Below, piece by piece: positions 18,307-28,669 of a stretch of DNA of 64,000 nt; positions within the stretch are counted from its first letter, which is position 1; each line of letters starts with the position of its first letter. The stretch is from NCBI GenBank assembly GCA_003056145.1, contig LSNL01000001.1:9351-73350 (forward strand), read 5' to 3'. The DNA is from Parcubacteria group bacterium M10-OD1-1. GTDB taxonomy: Bacteria; Patescibacteriota; Minisyncoccia; Moranbacterales; UBA2206. Under the pieces are notes generated by a model, which was given only the letters and a program-made list of their open reading frames with translations, was not told the DNA's origin and searched no databases. Both the position numbers and the translations under genes were made by a program.

Positions 18307-20742
18307 TTATTCTATCTTAACAATTTCTGAAGTAGTTTTAACGACAGTATCAGGACTAAGTGAAATAGAATCAATTTTTTCTTTCACTAAAAATTTGGCA
18401 AAATCAAGAAAATCCGAAGGAGCTTGTCCGCAAATTCCCACTTTTCTTTTCGCTTTGTGTGCTTTAGTAATCACTTGTCTAATAAGTTCCTTAACTGCCT
18501 CATTCCTTTCATCATAAACATGAGCTACTTTAGCGCTATCTCTATCCACTCCTAAAGTTAGCTGAGTAAGATCATTAGAACCAATAGAAAATCCGTCAAA
18601 AATTTTGGAAAATTCTTCAGCCAAAATAACATTAGCTGGAATTTCACACATCACATAAACTTCTAAACCATTCTTCTTTCTTTCCAATCCATGTTTTTTC
18701 ATTATTGCTAAAACTTCTTTTCCTTCTTTAATCGTTCGGCAAAAAGGAATCATAATTTTCACATTAGTTAAGCCCATAAAATCGCGAACCTTTTTAAAGG
18801 CTTTACATTCTAAAGCAAATCCTTCTGTATAATCAGGATCATAGTAACGAGAAGCTCCTCGCCAGCCAATCATTGGATTTTCTTCTTTTGGTTCAAAATT
18901 AGAACCTCCAATTAAAGTAGCATATTCATTAGTTTTAAAATCGGACATTCTCACAATGACATCCTTTGGATAAAAAGCAGCTGCGATTCTACCAATCCCC
19001 TCAGCTAACTTATCAACAAAAAATTCTTCCTTATTTTTATATCCACTAGTTAACTGTTCGATTTTTTTTCTTTCATTTTCATCTTTAACTTTTTCAAAAT
19101 GCCTCAAGGCCATTGGATGAATTTTAATATACTCAGTAATAATAAATTCTTCTCGAGCAAGTCCTACGCCGTCATTAGGAATAAAAGAAAGATCAAAAGC
19201 TTTATCTGGATTACCAACATTCATCATTATTTTTGTTTTTGGTCTTTTGAAATTTTTAAGATTAGTCTTTTTTATTGTATATCTTGAAAGACCCTCATAA
19301 ACTTTTCCTTCTTCTCCCTCAGCACAACTAACCGTAATATTTTTGCCATTTTTTATCATATAGGTAGCATTTCCAGTTCCAACGATACAAGGAATACCAA
19401 TTTCTCGACTAACAATCGCAGCATGAGAAGTCCGCCCTCCACTATTAGTTACAATAGCGCTGGCGATTTTCATAATTGGTTCCCAATCAGGATCAGTCAT
19501 CTCAGTAACTAAGACTTCGCCTTTTTTAAATTGTGCAATTTGAGCTACATTTTTAATGATATTAGATTTTCCTTGCCCAATTTTACTCCCCACTGAAGAA
19601 CCAGCGCAAAGCACTTTTCCTCGACTACTAAGAACATATTCTTCTAAGACATTTTGATTTTTTTGAGATTGCACCGTTTCAGGCCTTGCTTGAACAATAA
19701 ATAATTCTCCACTTCTTCCATCTTTTGCCCATTCAATATCCATCGGTTTTTTATAATAAGACTCAAGTTGAATTCCCCATTGAGCGAGTTTCAAAATTTC
19801 TTTGTTATTCAAAGAAAATTTTCTTCTATCTTCAAAGGGAACAGAAACATTTTGAGTAGAAGAATTTCCACCAACACTATATATCAGCTTGCTTTTTTTA
19901 CTTCCAAGTTTTTTTCCGATAATAGAACTAAAACCATCATTAAGTGTGGGTTTATGAACGATAAATTCATCTGGAGTAACTTTTCCTTTAACAATATTTT
20001 CTCCTAGACCCCAAGAGCTATTTATAACAATTGCATCTTGAAAGCCCGATTCAGTATCAATTGTAAACATAACGCCACTTGAAGCTTCGTCTGATCTAAT
20101 CATTTTTTGTACTCCAGCTGAAAGAGCTATTGAAAAATGATCAAATTTCTTATCTACTCGATAGGAAATTGCTCGATCAGTAAAAAGAGAGGCGAAACAT
20201 TTTTTAACAGAATCTAAAAGTTGGTATTCTCCAATAACATTAAGATATGATTCTTGCTGACCAGCGAAAGAAGCGTCCACCAAATCTTCAGCCGTCGCAC
20301 TAGATCTCACTGCTACATCAACACCTCCTGTAAAATGATTTGTATGATCCTCTTTGTCCCAAGTAATCCTAAAATCCTTATGACGAATATATTCACGAGA
20401 AAGCTTAGAATAACTTTCTATAATTTCGTTCCTAAGATCAAAAGGAATTTCGGCAGCCAAAATAGCTTGACGAATTTGATAACCCCGCTTAGACAGATTA
20501 ACCATATTGGAGGTATCCAATCCTTTTAGTATTTTTCTAATTTCTTGATCTAAATTATTTTCAGAAATAAAATAACGGTAAGCAAAAGAAGTGATAGCAA
20601 ACCCATCTGGAACTTTAATACCTTTTCTCCGAAGATTAGAAAACATTTCACCTAAAGAAGCATTTTTTCCACCCACCAACTCTATATCTTTAATGCCAAC
20701 ATCCTTGAACCAAAGAATAAATTCATTTTTTTTGTTTTTCAT
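18307..20742 (-). CDS. ppsA: Phosphoenolpyruvate synthase (PEP-utilising enzyme)
   Basis: The N-terminal nucleotide-binding motif GGKNASLGEM, the phospho-His domain GGRTSHAAIVSREIGIPCIVG, and a C-terminal PEP/pyruvate TIM-barrel domain support the call. The length is 811 aa. Confidence 0.85.
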   Translation of the reverse strand: MKNKKNEFILWFKDVGIKDIELVGGKNASLGEMFSNLRRKGIKVPDGFAITSFAYRYFISENNLDQEIRKILKGLDTSNMVNLSKRGYQIRQAILAAEIPFDLRNEIIESYSKLSREYIRHKDFRITWDKEDHTNHFTGGVDVAVRSSATAEDLVDASFAGQQESYLNVIGEYQLLDSVKKCFASLFTDRAISYRVDKKFDHFSIALSAGVQKMIRSDEASSGVMFTIDTESGFQDAIVINSSWGLGENIVKGKVTPDEFIVHKPTLNDGFSSIIGKKLGSKKSKLIYSVGGNSSTQNVSVPFEDRRKFSLNNKEILKLAQWGIQLESYYKKPMDIEWAKDGRSGELFIVQARPETVQSQKNQNVLEEYVLSSRGKVLCAGSSVGSKIGQGKSNIIKNVAQIAQFKKGEVLVTEMTDPDWEPIMKIASAIVTNSGGRTSHAAIVSREIGIPCIVGTGNATYMIKNGKNITVSCAEGEEGKVYEGLSRYTIKKTNLKNFKRPKTKIMMNVGNPDKAFDLSFIPNDGVGLAREEFIITEYIKIHPMALRHFEKVKDENERKKIEQLTSGYKNKEEFFVDKLAEGIGRIAAAFYPKDVIVRMSDFKTNEYATLIGGSNFEPKEENPMIGWRGASRYYDPDYTEGFALECKAFKKVRDFMGLTNVKIMIPFCRTIKEGKEVLAIMKKHGLERKKNGLEVYVMCEIPANVILAEEFSKIFDGFSIGSNDLTQLTLGVDRDSAKVAHVYDERNEAVKELIRQVITKAHKAKRKVGICGQAPSDFLDFAKFLVKEKIDSISLSPDTVVKTTSEIVKIE

Positions 20743-21040
20743 TTTTTTGTTTTAAAGTTTATGGTTAGCTACTTTATATTATACCATAAAATAAATAATA
20801 GAAAAGAATACTCAGAAAAATAAAGCAGTATTTATTTCAAAAATTATATTTTATTAAGTAGGTACTATAAACTTCCACACTACTCTAAAACTATATAAAC
20901 GGATTATACCACTCAACAGTTTGAGTTTGAGAATTTATAAGCTATCCACCACCTAGACTTTAAAAGTTTTACCTGATACTTTTTTTACTTAAGTGAATTT
21001 TTATAATTCAGATATAATTCTGATCTTTATCATTAAAAAA

Positions 21041-22486
21041 CTACACAACTTCCTCAATCTTAACTAGACTCATATGCTCATGAGAAACACCTGGACGACC
21101 AGTAACAATTATTACTTTGTCATCAGTTTTGATTTTTTTGTTAATTTTCAAAGTTTCAATAGACTTGTCAATCAACTCATCAAGAGTTTTACATTCCGCT
21201 AGCACAAAACTTTCAATTCCCCAAACCAGCGTCAATTGATTGTGTGTTTTTTCGTTGTTTGTCATAACAAAAAAAGGTTTTTCTAGTCGATGACGAGAAA
21301 TCATACGCGCCGTAAAACCGCTAATACTAGCCGCTACCACTGCTTGAGCCTTAGCGTCTTTCAAGAGTTCGTGAGCTGCATGTGCAATAGCCGTAGAAGT
21401 AGATGCATCTTTGTCTCCCAAAAATCCATGTCCTAAAACATCAAAAGAAGAGTGTTCAGTTTTTTTAATGATATCATACATCACTCTAACAGCTTCAACT
21501 GGATATTTTCCATTAGCAGTTTCTCCAGAAAGCATAACCGCATCTGTATTATCAATCACTGCATTAGAAACATCACTGACTTCCGCTCGAGTGGGACGAG
21601 GGTTATAAATCATTGAATTTAACATTTGAGTAGCCACAATCACTGGAGTAGCTGACTTGAGACATTGCATAATTAGTTCTTTTTGATAGATAACTACCCG
21701 ACTTTCATCCATTTCAATTCCCAAATCACCCCTAGCAATCATAATCACATCAGTAACTTCTATTATTTCTTTAATATTTTTGATTGCATCTTTTCTTTCA
21801 ATTTTAGCGATAATTTGTGGTAATTGTTCTGATTTGCCTAATATTTTTTTCATTTTTTCTCGTGTATCAATAATTTCTTTCGCTCTACCTACAAAAGAAA
21901 GAGCAATAAAATCAACATCTTTTCCTAAAACAAATTTTAAATCTTTTTTATCTTTTTCAGTAACAGCGTCAATCTCTAAATCAGCATCTGGAATATTTAC
22001 ACCTTTATGATCTTGTACCACCCCGCCTTCAATAACTCGTGCTCTTAAAAAATGATTTTCTTTTTTAAAAACCCTAATTTTCATCAGTCCATCCTCAATT
22101 AAAATTTCATTTCCAATTTCAATATTTTTAATAATTCCTGCCCAATCTAAAGTAAGGTGTTTTTTTTCTAATTTATCAGAAACAACTTTTTTAATAGAAG
22201 CTGAATCAAAAACTAAAATTTCTTCTCCATCTTCAATAAGAATTTCTTTTTCCATTAAAGTTCTAATTCTTGGTCCTTGTAAATCCGCTATTATTCCCAC
22301 CGGAATATTCATTTCTTCTCTTAATTCTTTAACATAATCAATCAGTTGACCATTAGATTCATAGCTTCCGTGAGAAAAGTTTATTCTCGCTACATTCATA
22401 CCAGCCTCAATCAACTCCTCAATTTTTTCCTTAGATTTAGTAGTTGGTCCGATTGTTGCAATAATTTTAGTTCGTTTCATAATCAA
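21041..22486 (-). CDS. pyk: Pyruvate kinase
   Basis: The N-terminal segment (KIIATIGP, NFSHG) and the conserved barrel and C-terminal domain architecture support the call. The length is 481 aa. Confidence 0.9.
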   Translation of the reverse strand: MIMKRTKIIATIGPTTKSKEKIEELIEAGMNVARINFSHGSYESNGQLIDYVKELREEMNIPVGIIADLQGPRIRTLMEKEILIEDGEEILVFDSASIKKVVSDKLEKKHLTLDWAGIIKNIEIGNEILIEDGLMKIRVFKKENHFLRARVIEGGVVQDHKGVNIPDADLEIDAVTEKDKKDLKFVLGKDVDFIALSFVGRAKEIIDTREKMKKILGKSEQLPQIIAKIERKDAIKNIKEIIEVTDVIMIARGDLGIEMDESRVVIYQKELIMQCLKSATPVIVATQMLNSMIYNPRPTRAEVSDVSNAVIDNTDAVMLSGETANGKYPVEAVRVMYDIIKKTEHSSFDVLGHGFLGDKDASTSTAIAHAAHELLKDAKAQAVVAASISGFTARMISRHRLEKPFFVMTNNEKTHNQLTLVWGIESFVLAECKTLDELIDKSIETLKINKKIKTDDKVIIVTGRPGVSHEHMSLVKIEEVV

Positions 22487-22594
22487 TCTTTATTTTTAAT
22501 AATTAGTAACCTATCTATTATATATTTATTCTCTTGGAAAATCAAAAGCAGGAAACATCAAGCTACCTGCTCTTAATTTAATTTGTCTTTTATT

Positions 22595-22984
22595 TTATAA
22601 ATGAATTTTCTCAGCAATCTCTCCTACAACTGGTAAAGATTTTTTTTCTCCAGCTAATACATTCCTTATTCCCATAATCCAAAGGATAAAAATTATAACC
22701 CCTAAAATCCAGCCAAAGAAAGGAATCCAAATAAAAAATTCTCCAATAAATAAAACCAAACCTTGCTTAGCATGAAATTGGACAAATTCTGAATCTTTTT
22801 TAAATAAAAGAGCGACTAAACATAGCACATTTAAATAGCTAAGAAATGCCCATAATTTATTTTCAGAAGATTCTTTATTAGGAACGTTCTTATTTTCTTC
22901 TTTGCCATTATTTTCTGGCTGACTTTTCGAAAATTGCTCCTGTTCTTCTTGAGTTGATTGCTCTTGTTTTTTTTGTTCTTCCAT
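22595..22984 (-). CDS. Small membrane protein, DUF4870/Tic20-like (HAKQGL motif)
   Basis: It has an acidic N-terminus, two or three TM helices, and the family-typical FHAKQGLVLF segment. Confidence 0.45.
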   Translation of the reverse strand: MEEQKKQEQSTQEEQEQFSKSQPENNGKEENKNVPNKESSENKLWAFLSYLNVLCLVALLFKKDSEFVQFHAKQGLVLFIGEFFIWIPFFGWILGVIIFILWIMGIRNVLAGEKKSLPVVGEIAEKIHL

Positions 22985-23022
22985 ATAACACCTCCTATTC
23001 TTTTTTTATATATTATTAATAT

Positions 23023-23400
23023 CTATACTATTTCATCTGGATCAATACCCAGATCACTTGCTTCCTTCTTTCTTTCCGCTTCAAGCTCTGCCGCATCATT
23101 TATAATCATTCGTTGCCTCTCTTCCGCTAAGTCAATTTCATTGTCCTTTCTTTTTTTGCCAGAAACTTTTCTAATTGCCTGAACACATAAAGGAAATTCC
23201 GCCCTACTTATTTTCAGGTTTCCTATAAATTGCTTCACAAACTCATTTGACCTTACTTCAATTTCTGGCATATCTTTCTTTGCCTTATCTACCATTTCTT
23301 TTAGTTGTCTCCAGCTACCAAAAACATTTCGCACAAATATATCAATCGGTTTTTCTTGTTTTAATTCTCTTTCGGGAAGATAATTGTTTTCATTAGGCAT
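23023..23400 (-). CDS. Hypothetical protein (125 aa, charged/coiled)
   Basis: It is an ORF with coding-like composition and no recognisable motifs. Confidence 0.35.
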   Translation of the reverse strand: MPNENNYLPERELKQEKPIDIFVRNVFGSWRQLKEMVDKAKKDMPEIEVRSNEFVKQFIGNLKISRAEFPLCVQAIRKVSGKKRKDNEIDLAEERQRMIINDAAELEAERKKEASDLGIDPDEIV

Positions 23401-23419
23401 AATAGTTATTTTACAATTA

Positions 23420-24310
23420 TTATATATTTATTCCCCTTAGTTTAGCCACTCTTTCTTCAATCGGTGGATGAGTCATAAATAGTTTTGAAACTTTTTTGCC
23501 TCTGAAGGGATTAGTAATAAAAAGATGAGCCGTTGCCCGGTTAGCTTCTTTTAATGGTTTTGGATCAGCAGAAATTTTCTCTAGTGCCCGAGCTAAACCT
23601 TCTGGATATCTAGTTAAAAGAGCTCCATCAGCATCAGCTAAAAATTCTCTTTTTCTAGAAATAGCTAATTGCATTAAAACCGCTGCGATTGGAGCTAAAA
23701 TTGACAAAACGATAGCCACTATCATCATAATCATTTGAAATTGTCCACCCCCGTTATCATTATCTCTTCCTCCAAAAAAAGCCCAATAACGAAACCAATC
23801 AGCTAAAAGAGCAATAAAACCTACTAAAACAACTATTACTGTTGAAATTAGAATATCCCGATTACCAATATGAGAGAGTTCGTGAGCAATTACACCTTCT
23901 AATTCAGATTTTTCTAATTTATCAATAATACCACTAGTCAAACAAATTACTCCGTGTTCTGGATTTCTACCAGTTGCAAAAGCATTAGGAGAATCGTCTT
24001 TAATAAGATAAATTTTCGGAACTGGTAAACCAGCGGTGATACAAAGATTTTCTACGATACGATATATTTCTTTTCCATCTTTCGGGGTTATTTCATGAGC
24101 TTTACTTATCGTTAAAACTATTTTATCGCTCCACCAATAAGAGCTAAAACTCATCACGATAGAGAAAATAACCGCTCCGTATAAAATTACGCTACTATTA
24201 AAAGCTTGAGCAAAAACATAACCTACTCCAATAACAAAGATTAAAAAGAAAGTTATATAGACATAAGTTAAATGAGTATTTTTAGCTACCTGATTATAGA
24301 GAGTCATCAA
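23420..24310 (-). CDS. htpX: Zinc metalloprotease HtpX (M48)
   Basis: HELSHIGNRD (HExxH) and flanking TM helices support the call. It is paired with lemA as in many bacteria. Confidence 0.85.
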   Translation of the reverse strand: MMTLYNQVAKNTHLTYVYITFFLIFVIGVGYVFAQAFNSSVILYGAVIFSIVMSFSSYWWSDKIVLTISKAHEITPKDGKEIYRIVENLCITAGLPVPKIYLIKDDSPNAFATGRNPEHGVICLTSGIIDKLEKSELEGVIAHELSHIGNRDILISTVIVVLVGFIALLADWFRYWAFFGGRDNDNGGGQFQMIMMIVAIVLSILAPIAAVLMQLAISRKREFLADADGALLTRYPEGLARALEKISADPKPLKEANRATAHLFITNPFRGKKVSKLFMTHPPIEERVAKLRGINI

Positions 24311-24327
24311 TTTAAAAAGTTAATAAT

Positions 24328-24879
24328 TTAAAACTCAACTTTTGGCACTGCTTTTTCTGATTCTTCCATTTCAAAAAAATCTCGTGAAGTAAAATTCAGC
24401 ATTCCCGCTATAATATTAGTTGGGAAAACTTGAACCTTAGTATTAAAATCTCGTACATTACCATTGTAAAATCTTCTAGCAGCTTGAATTTTATCTTCTG
24501 TATCAGTTAATTCTCTTTGCAACTCTAAAAAATTTTGATTAGCTTTTAAATCCGGATAAGCTTCAGCTACAGCAAATAAACTTTTCAAAGCTCCTGTTAA
24601 CATATTTTCCGCTCCAGCTTTTTCTTGAGCAGTACCTGCTCCCATAGCTTGTGTTCTAGCTTCTGTTACTTTTTCAAAAACTTCTTTTTCATGAGCGGCA
24701 TAGCCCTTAACCGTATTGATTAAATTCGGAATTAAATCATATCTCCTCTTTAATTGAACATCAATATCACTCCAAGCCTCATCAACTCTATTTTTAAGTC
24801 TAATTAACCCATTATACATTATAATAACCCAAAGAATTATTATAATTATTATTCCCAAAAAAATTAGTCCTATCATCAT
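24328..24879 (-). CDS. lemA: LemA family protein
   Basis: It has an N-terminal TM helix and the LemA signature region (RRYDLIPNLINTVKGYAAHE...RRFYNGNVRDFN). Confidence 0.8.
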   Translation of the reverse strand: MMIGLIFLGIIIIIILWVIIMYNGLIRLKNRVDEAWSDIDVQLKRRYDLIPNLINTVKGYAAHEKEVFEKVTEARTQAMGAGTAQEKAGAENMLTGALKSLFAVAEAYPDLKANQNFLELQRELTDTEDKIQAARRFYNGNVRDFNTKVQVFPTNIIAGMLNFTSRDFFEMEESEKAVPKVEF

Positions 24880-25006
24880 AATTTTATTTTAATTTATTAT
24901 AGCTTTATTTTAACAACTTTATCCTAAACTGTAAAATCATTTTAAATGTGTTATAATTTAATAGATAACAAAAATAAATTATTATTTGTTTTAATTTTTT
25001 AAAATT

Positions 25007-25459
25007 ATGTTTACTTTCTCTAAATACGCTATTTTCATTATTCCCCTAATTGTTTTAATTTCTGCTCGGATTTTAAAATTTATTATTTTTTATTTCAAAC
25101 ACAATGATGATTTAAAATATGCTATTCGTCACTCTATGACTTATGGACATATGCCGAGTGTTCATTCCGCCTTAATGGTTTCCTTAGTCACTTCTATTGG
25201 TTATTATTCTGGTTTAACTTCTGGTGCTTTTTCCATTGCTTTGATTATGGCAATTCTAATTATTGATGATGCCACTAGATTAAGAGTTTATATGGGTGAC
25301 CATAGTCGGTACATCAATATGCTAATTGGAAAAATTCAAGCTAACCAGATAGATTATCCACATTTAAAAGAAAGAATGGGACATAAAATTAGCGAAGCTA
25401 TCGCTGGAGGAATCTTAGGATTAGTGCTTACTCTAATTCTAATAAGATTTTTTGGATAA
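25007..25459 (+). CDS. Divergent PAP2/acid-phosphatase-related membrane protein (DUF212, YuiD-like)
   Basis: GHMPSVHSALMVSL and a multi-TM topology support the call. Its 3' end overlaps the convergent murE-like gene by ~30 nt. Confidence 0.55.
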   Translation: MFTFSKYAIFIIPLIVLISARILKFIIFYFKHNDDLKYAIRHSMTYGHMPSVHSALMVSLVTSIGYYSGLTSGAFSIALIMAILIIDDATRLRVYMGDHSRYINMLIGKIQANQIDYPHLKERMGHKISEAIAGGILGLVLTLILIRFFG

Positions 25460-26672
25460 TTTTTTTATCGTTCCAAGTAATTCTTTTTTTTCTAATTGCC
25501 ATTGTTTCTTCCGCACCTTTTCCTGTTACAATTACAAAATCACCAGACCTTGCAATTTGTAGAGCTTTTTTAATTGCCTCACGACGATCAACTATTTTCC
25601 AAAAATTTATATTTTCTTGTTTATTTTTAATTCCTCGTGCTACTTCGTTAATAATTTGCCAAGGATCTTCTCCATAAGGATCTTCATTGGTTACAAATAC
25701 ATAGTCAGTGCTATTAGCGACGATTTCTCCCATAATCGGTCGTTTTCCGCGATCACGCTCCCCGCAAGAACCAAAGACTGCAATAACTTTCTTTTTTTGA
25801 ATATTAAGTTTTTTAATAAGTTCATATAATTTTTCCAAAGAATCTGGAGTTACAGCGTAATCAATGATAATATTTAGTCCTTTGTTATTTGCTACACTCT
25901 CCATTCTTCCTGGCACACCCTTAATTTTCTCCAAAGCCTTAGCACAAATTTTCAAATTAATATTTTCCAGGGTTCCAACACTAATAGCGGCTAGAGCATT
26001 TTCAATATTAAAGTTACCCATTAAATTTAAGCTAATCTCTTGATTCTTAATTATAAAAGAAGATTTATCAATACCCGTTTCAATATTTTTGGCCAAAATA
26101 TCCGCTTGATTATTTTTCAAACTATATGTAATTATTTTTTTATCTGTATCTTGCAAAAATTCTTCTGGTTTTTTCATATCTAAGTTTACTACAATATTTT
26201 TTGCTTTTTTGAATAATAATTTCTTAGCCTGACGATATTTCTCCATTGTCTTATGATAATCTAAATGCTCGCGCGTAACATTAGTAATAATCGCAGTATC
26301 ATATTTCACTCCCCAAACTCGATACTGATCCAATGAATGGGAAGATGTTTCTAAAACGACATAATCATGATGAGAAAGAACCGCTTCAGAAATAAATTTT
26401 TGAACAGTAAAAGCAGAAAGGGTTGTAAATTTAGTTTTATTTATTTTTTCTATCCCGTTAAATCTAAAATTAATTGTAGAAGTCATAGCTACTTTATTTC
26501 CCGCTTCTTCTAAAATTTTAGTTATCATTTGAACTGTTGTTGTTTTTCCGTTTGTCCCTGTCACTCCTATCACTTTTATTTTCCGACTGGGATATCCATA
26601 CCAAAGATTTGCCAAGATAGCTTGGACTAAGTGATAATAATTTTTCAATTTTTGCGGAATAATTTTTTTCAT
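25428..26672 (-). CDS. murE: Mur ligase, MurE-like (UDP-MurNAc-L-Ala-D-Glu: diamino acid ligase), lacking most of the N-terminal domain 1
   Basis: The evidence is GVTGTNGKTTT, ETSSHSLDQYRV...TNVTREHLDYH, and the C-terminal DYAVTPDSL (cf. MurE DYAHTPDAL). At 414 aa it is shorter than the ~490 aa typical for MurE. Confidence 0.65.
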   Translation of the reverse strand: MKKIIPQKLKNYYHLVQAILANLWYGYPSRKIKVIGVTGTNGKTTTVQMITKILEEAGNKVAMTSTINFRFNGIEKINKTKFTTLSAFTVQKFISEAVLSHHDYVVLETSSHSLDQYRVWGVKYDTAIITNVTREHLDYHKTMEKYRQAKKLLFKKAKNIVVNLDMKKPEEFLQDTDKKIITYSLKNNQADILAKNIETGIDKSSFIIKNQEISLNLMGNFNIENALAAISVGTLENINLKICAKALEKIKGVPGRMESVANNKGLNIIIDYAVTPDSLEKLYELIKKLNIQKKKVIAVFGSCGERDRGKRPIMGEIVANSTDYVFVTNEDPYGEDPWQIINEVARGIKNKQENINFWKIVDRREAIKKALQIARSGDFVIVTGKGAEETMAIRKKRITWNDKKIIQKILLELE

Positions 26673-26729
26673 ATTTTTATTATATCCTAAAATTAAATAA
26701 ATATAAAAGGTTTAATTCTTTAATAAGAA

Positions 26730-27434
26730 TTAAACCTTTTGACTTCTTTCTATTTTTTTATTGCTGTTAATTCTTAAGACCTCTTCTGCTTCCTGACAAA
26801 TAAGAGAAAAATCAGTTAATGCTTCCCTTATACTTTTCTCGTATTTTAGTCCAGTTAAATTTCTCTTTTGAATAATTTCCAAAAAAGGAAAAGCCTTTTC
26901 TGTTAAATAAGACTCTATTCTTTTTTTAGAGGAAGAAAGGTTTTTGGCATAAAATTCATCTAACATACCTATAAATCCATCAATCATGTCACAAATCTTC
27001 GACATAATTAAAAAATCTGTTTGAGCAATTTTTTTAAAATAACTAATTTTAGACTCACCCTTCATTCTAGTAAACATTTTGACATAAATGGGAATTAACT
27101 GTCCGTAATGTTCTTTGATGCTAATTAGGGTTATCAGACCTACTTCTTCAGGAACATCGTGGAGTAAAATACTTGCCCCTTCTTGATCTTCATATGCAAG
27201 TTTAGCATTATAAACGGTATAATAGATAAAGGCTCTCAACACCCGTTTTGGATGTTTTCTGTATTCGCTTCCATCTCTCCGCATAGTTTGGTGATAAGTA
27301 TCACAGCATTTTTCCGCCTTTAACGTTGCTACACCTTGCATTTTTTTAGCAAAGGATGTTATTCTAATCTGTTGCCAAAGTATACTTTTTTTTCTCACAG
27401 AATCAGCTATGAGCAATAACGGTTTTTCTCTCAT
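26730..27434 (-). CDS. HD-domain protein, RelA/SpoT-type (p)ppGpp hydrolase-like (small alarmone hydrolase-like)
   Basis: YHQTMRRDGSEYRKHPKRV and LLHDVPEE resemble the Rel/SpoT HD motifs (H..R.sGePY..HP and LLHDv.EDT). Confidence 0.45.
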   Translation of the reverse strand: MREKPLLLIADSVRKKSILWQQIRITSFAKKMQGVATLKAEKCCDTYHQTMRRDGSEYRKHPKRVLRAFIYYTVYNAKLAYEDQEGASILLHDVPEEVGLITLISIKEHYGQLIPIYVKMFTRMKGESKISYFKKIAQTDFLIMSKICDMIDGFIGMLDEFYAKNLSSSKKRIESYLTEKAFPFLEIIQKRNLTGLKYEKSIREALTDFSLICQEAEEVLRINSNKKIERSQKV

Positions 27435-27646
27435 AACTTTTTTCTCCTTATAAAAAATTTTAATGAACTAAAATTAACACCAAAGACTAGTATAAGTTAT
27501 TTTTGATTAAAAATCAATCCCTCTGCATTAAATTGTTTAAAATAACATCAGAGAGTAATAAAGGTTTTAAGCTAATCAGTTTTTTAATTTTCTAGAAACA
27601 AGACAAAAAATTTAAGTTATTTATTTTTAATAGTAAAATTTATACT

Positions 27647-28645
27647 TTAGAATTTTTTATTTTTAAGACTTCTTATGTTTTGAATCGTTCTATATAAATA
27701 ATATCGCATAGGATTAATAATAATATCATAACTCCCAGGAAATTTAACTGGTTTAGTCTTTGGTGAAAAACCTGATTTAAACCGTGTAATACCTCTCCAT
27801 GAATTTTTGCCGCTCTCAATACTAACCCCGCCAAAATCATATCTCATCATCCCTTTTTTTTGAGCTATTCTCATTTGTTGCCATTGCAAAAGATACGATG
27901 CCATCACATTCTTATATTTATCATCTGAAGCTCCATGTAAATAAGTAGCCATTTCCCCAAAAAAAATAACCAAATTAACAGCTGTTACTTGACCTTGATA
28001 TTGAGCAACAAATATATTTAATTTATCCCTTGGAATGGTAGCTATCATTTTTTGATAATATTCTTTAGGATGAGAAACAATTCCTTGCCGTTTAGCAGTA
28101 ATTTGAGCTAATCGCCAGAACTCTTCTAAATATTGTTGCTTATTTTTTTCCTGAGCTACTATGATTTTCACATTTTTTTTCCCCGCCAATCGAATATTGT
28201 ACCGAGTTTTACTTTTCATTTGAGCTAATAATTCTTCTTCTGTTTTCAAAATATCCACCACTAAAACTTCTCTTGGTTGCATATCATGCGGAGCCTTTTG
28301 AATTTTATAATTTATATTTTTTTCAATCTCCACTAACTGATTTTTTGTTACTGGCTCAATTCTAATCCAGCCAGCCTTTTCTTTTTTGGCTAACTTTATT
28401 ATTTTTTTCAATCTCTCTTTGTTATTTTCCAAACTAGATTTCTTTAAAATCGGTCCACGAGGAATATAAAAATATTTTCCCACAATCGGTAATTGATGCT
28501 TAATTATGTTTGCCCAAAAACTTTCTCCCTCTAGATGATACGTTTTTCTTCCTACTGCTTCTTGAAAATTTTTCCATTCATTTGATTGCAAAAAACCACC
28601 ATCAGGAGAATTCTGTTGAATAAAACTATTTTTATTATTTTCCAT
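27647..28645 (-). CDS. FemAB-family aminoacyl-tRNA-dependent peptidoglycan interpeptide-bridge transferase (FemX-like)
   Basis: The N-terminal FLQSNEW-type start is typical of the FemABX family, and the ~330-aa length fits FemX/MurM. Confidence 0.65.
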   Translation of the reverse strand: MENNKNSFIQQNSPDGGFLQSNEWKNFQEAVGRKTYHLEGESFWANIIKHQLPIVGKYFYIPRGPILKKSSLENNKERLKKIIKLAKKEKAGWIRIEPVTKNQLVEIEKNINYKIQKAPHDMQPREVLVVDILKTEEELLAQMKSKTRYNIRLAGKKNVKIIVAQEKNKQQYLEEFWRLAQITAKRQGIVSHPKEYYQKMIATIPRDKLNIFVAQYQGQVTAVNLVIFFGEMATYLHGASDDKYKNVMASYLLQWQQMRIAQKKGMMRYDFGGVSIESGKNSWRGITRFKSGFSPKTKPVKFPGSYDIIINPMRYYLYRTIQNIRSLKNKKF

Positions 28646-28669
28646 AAAAAATTATTCTAACTTAAAGAG

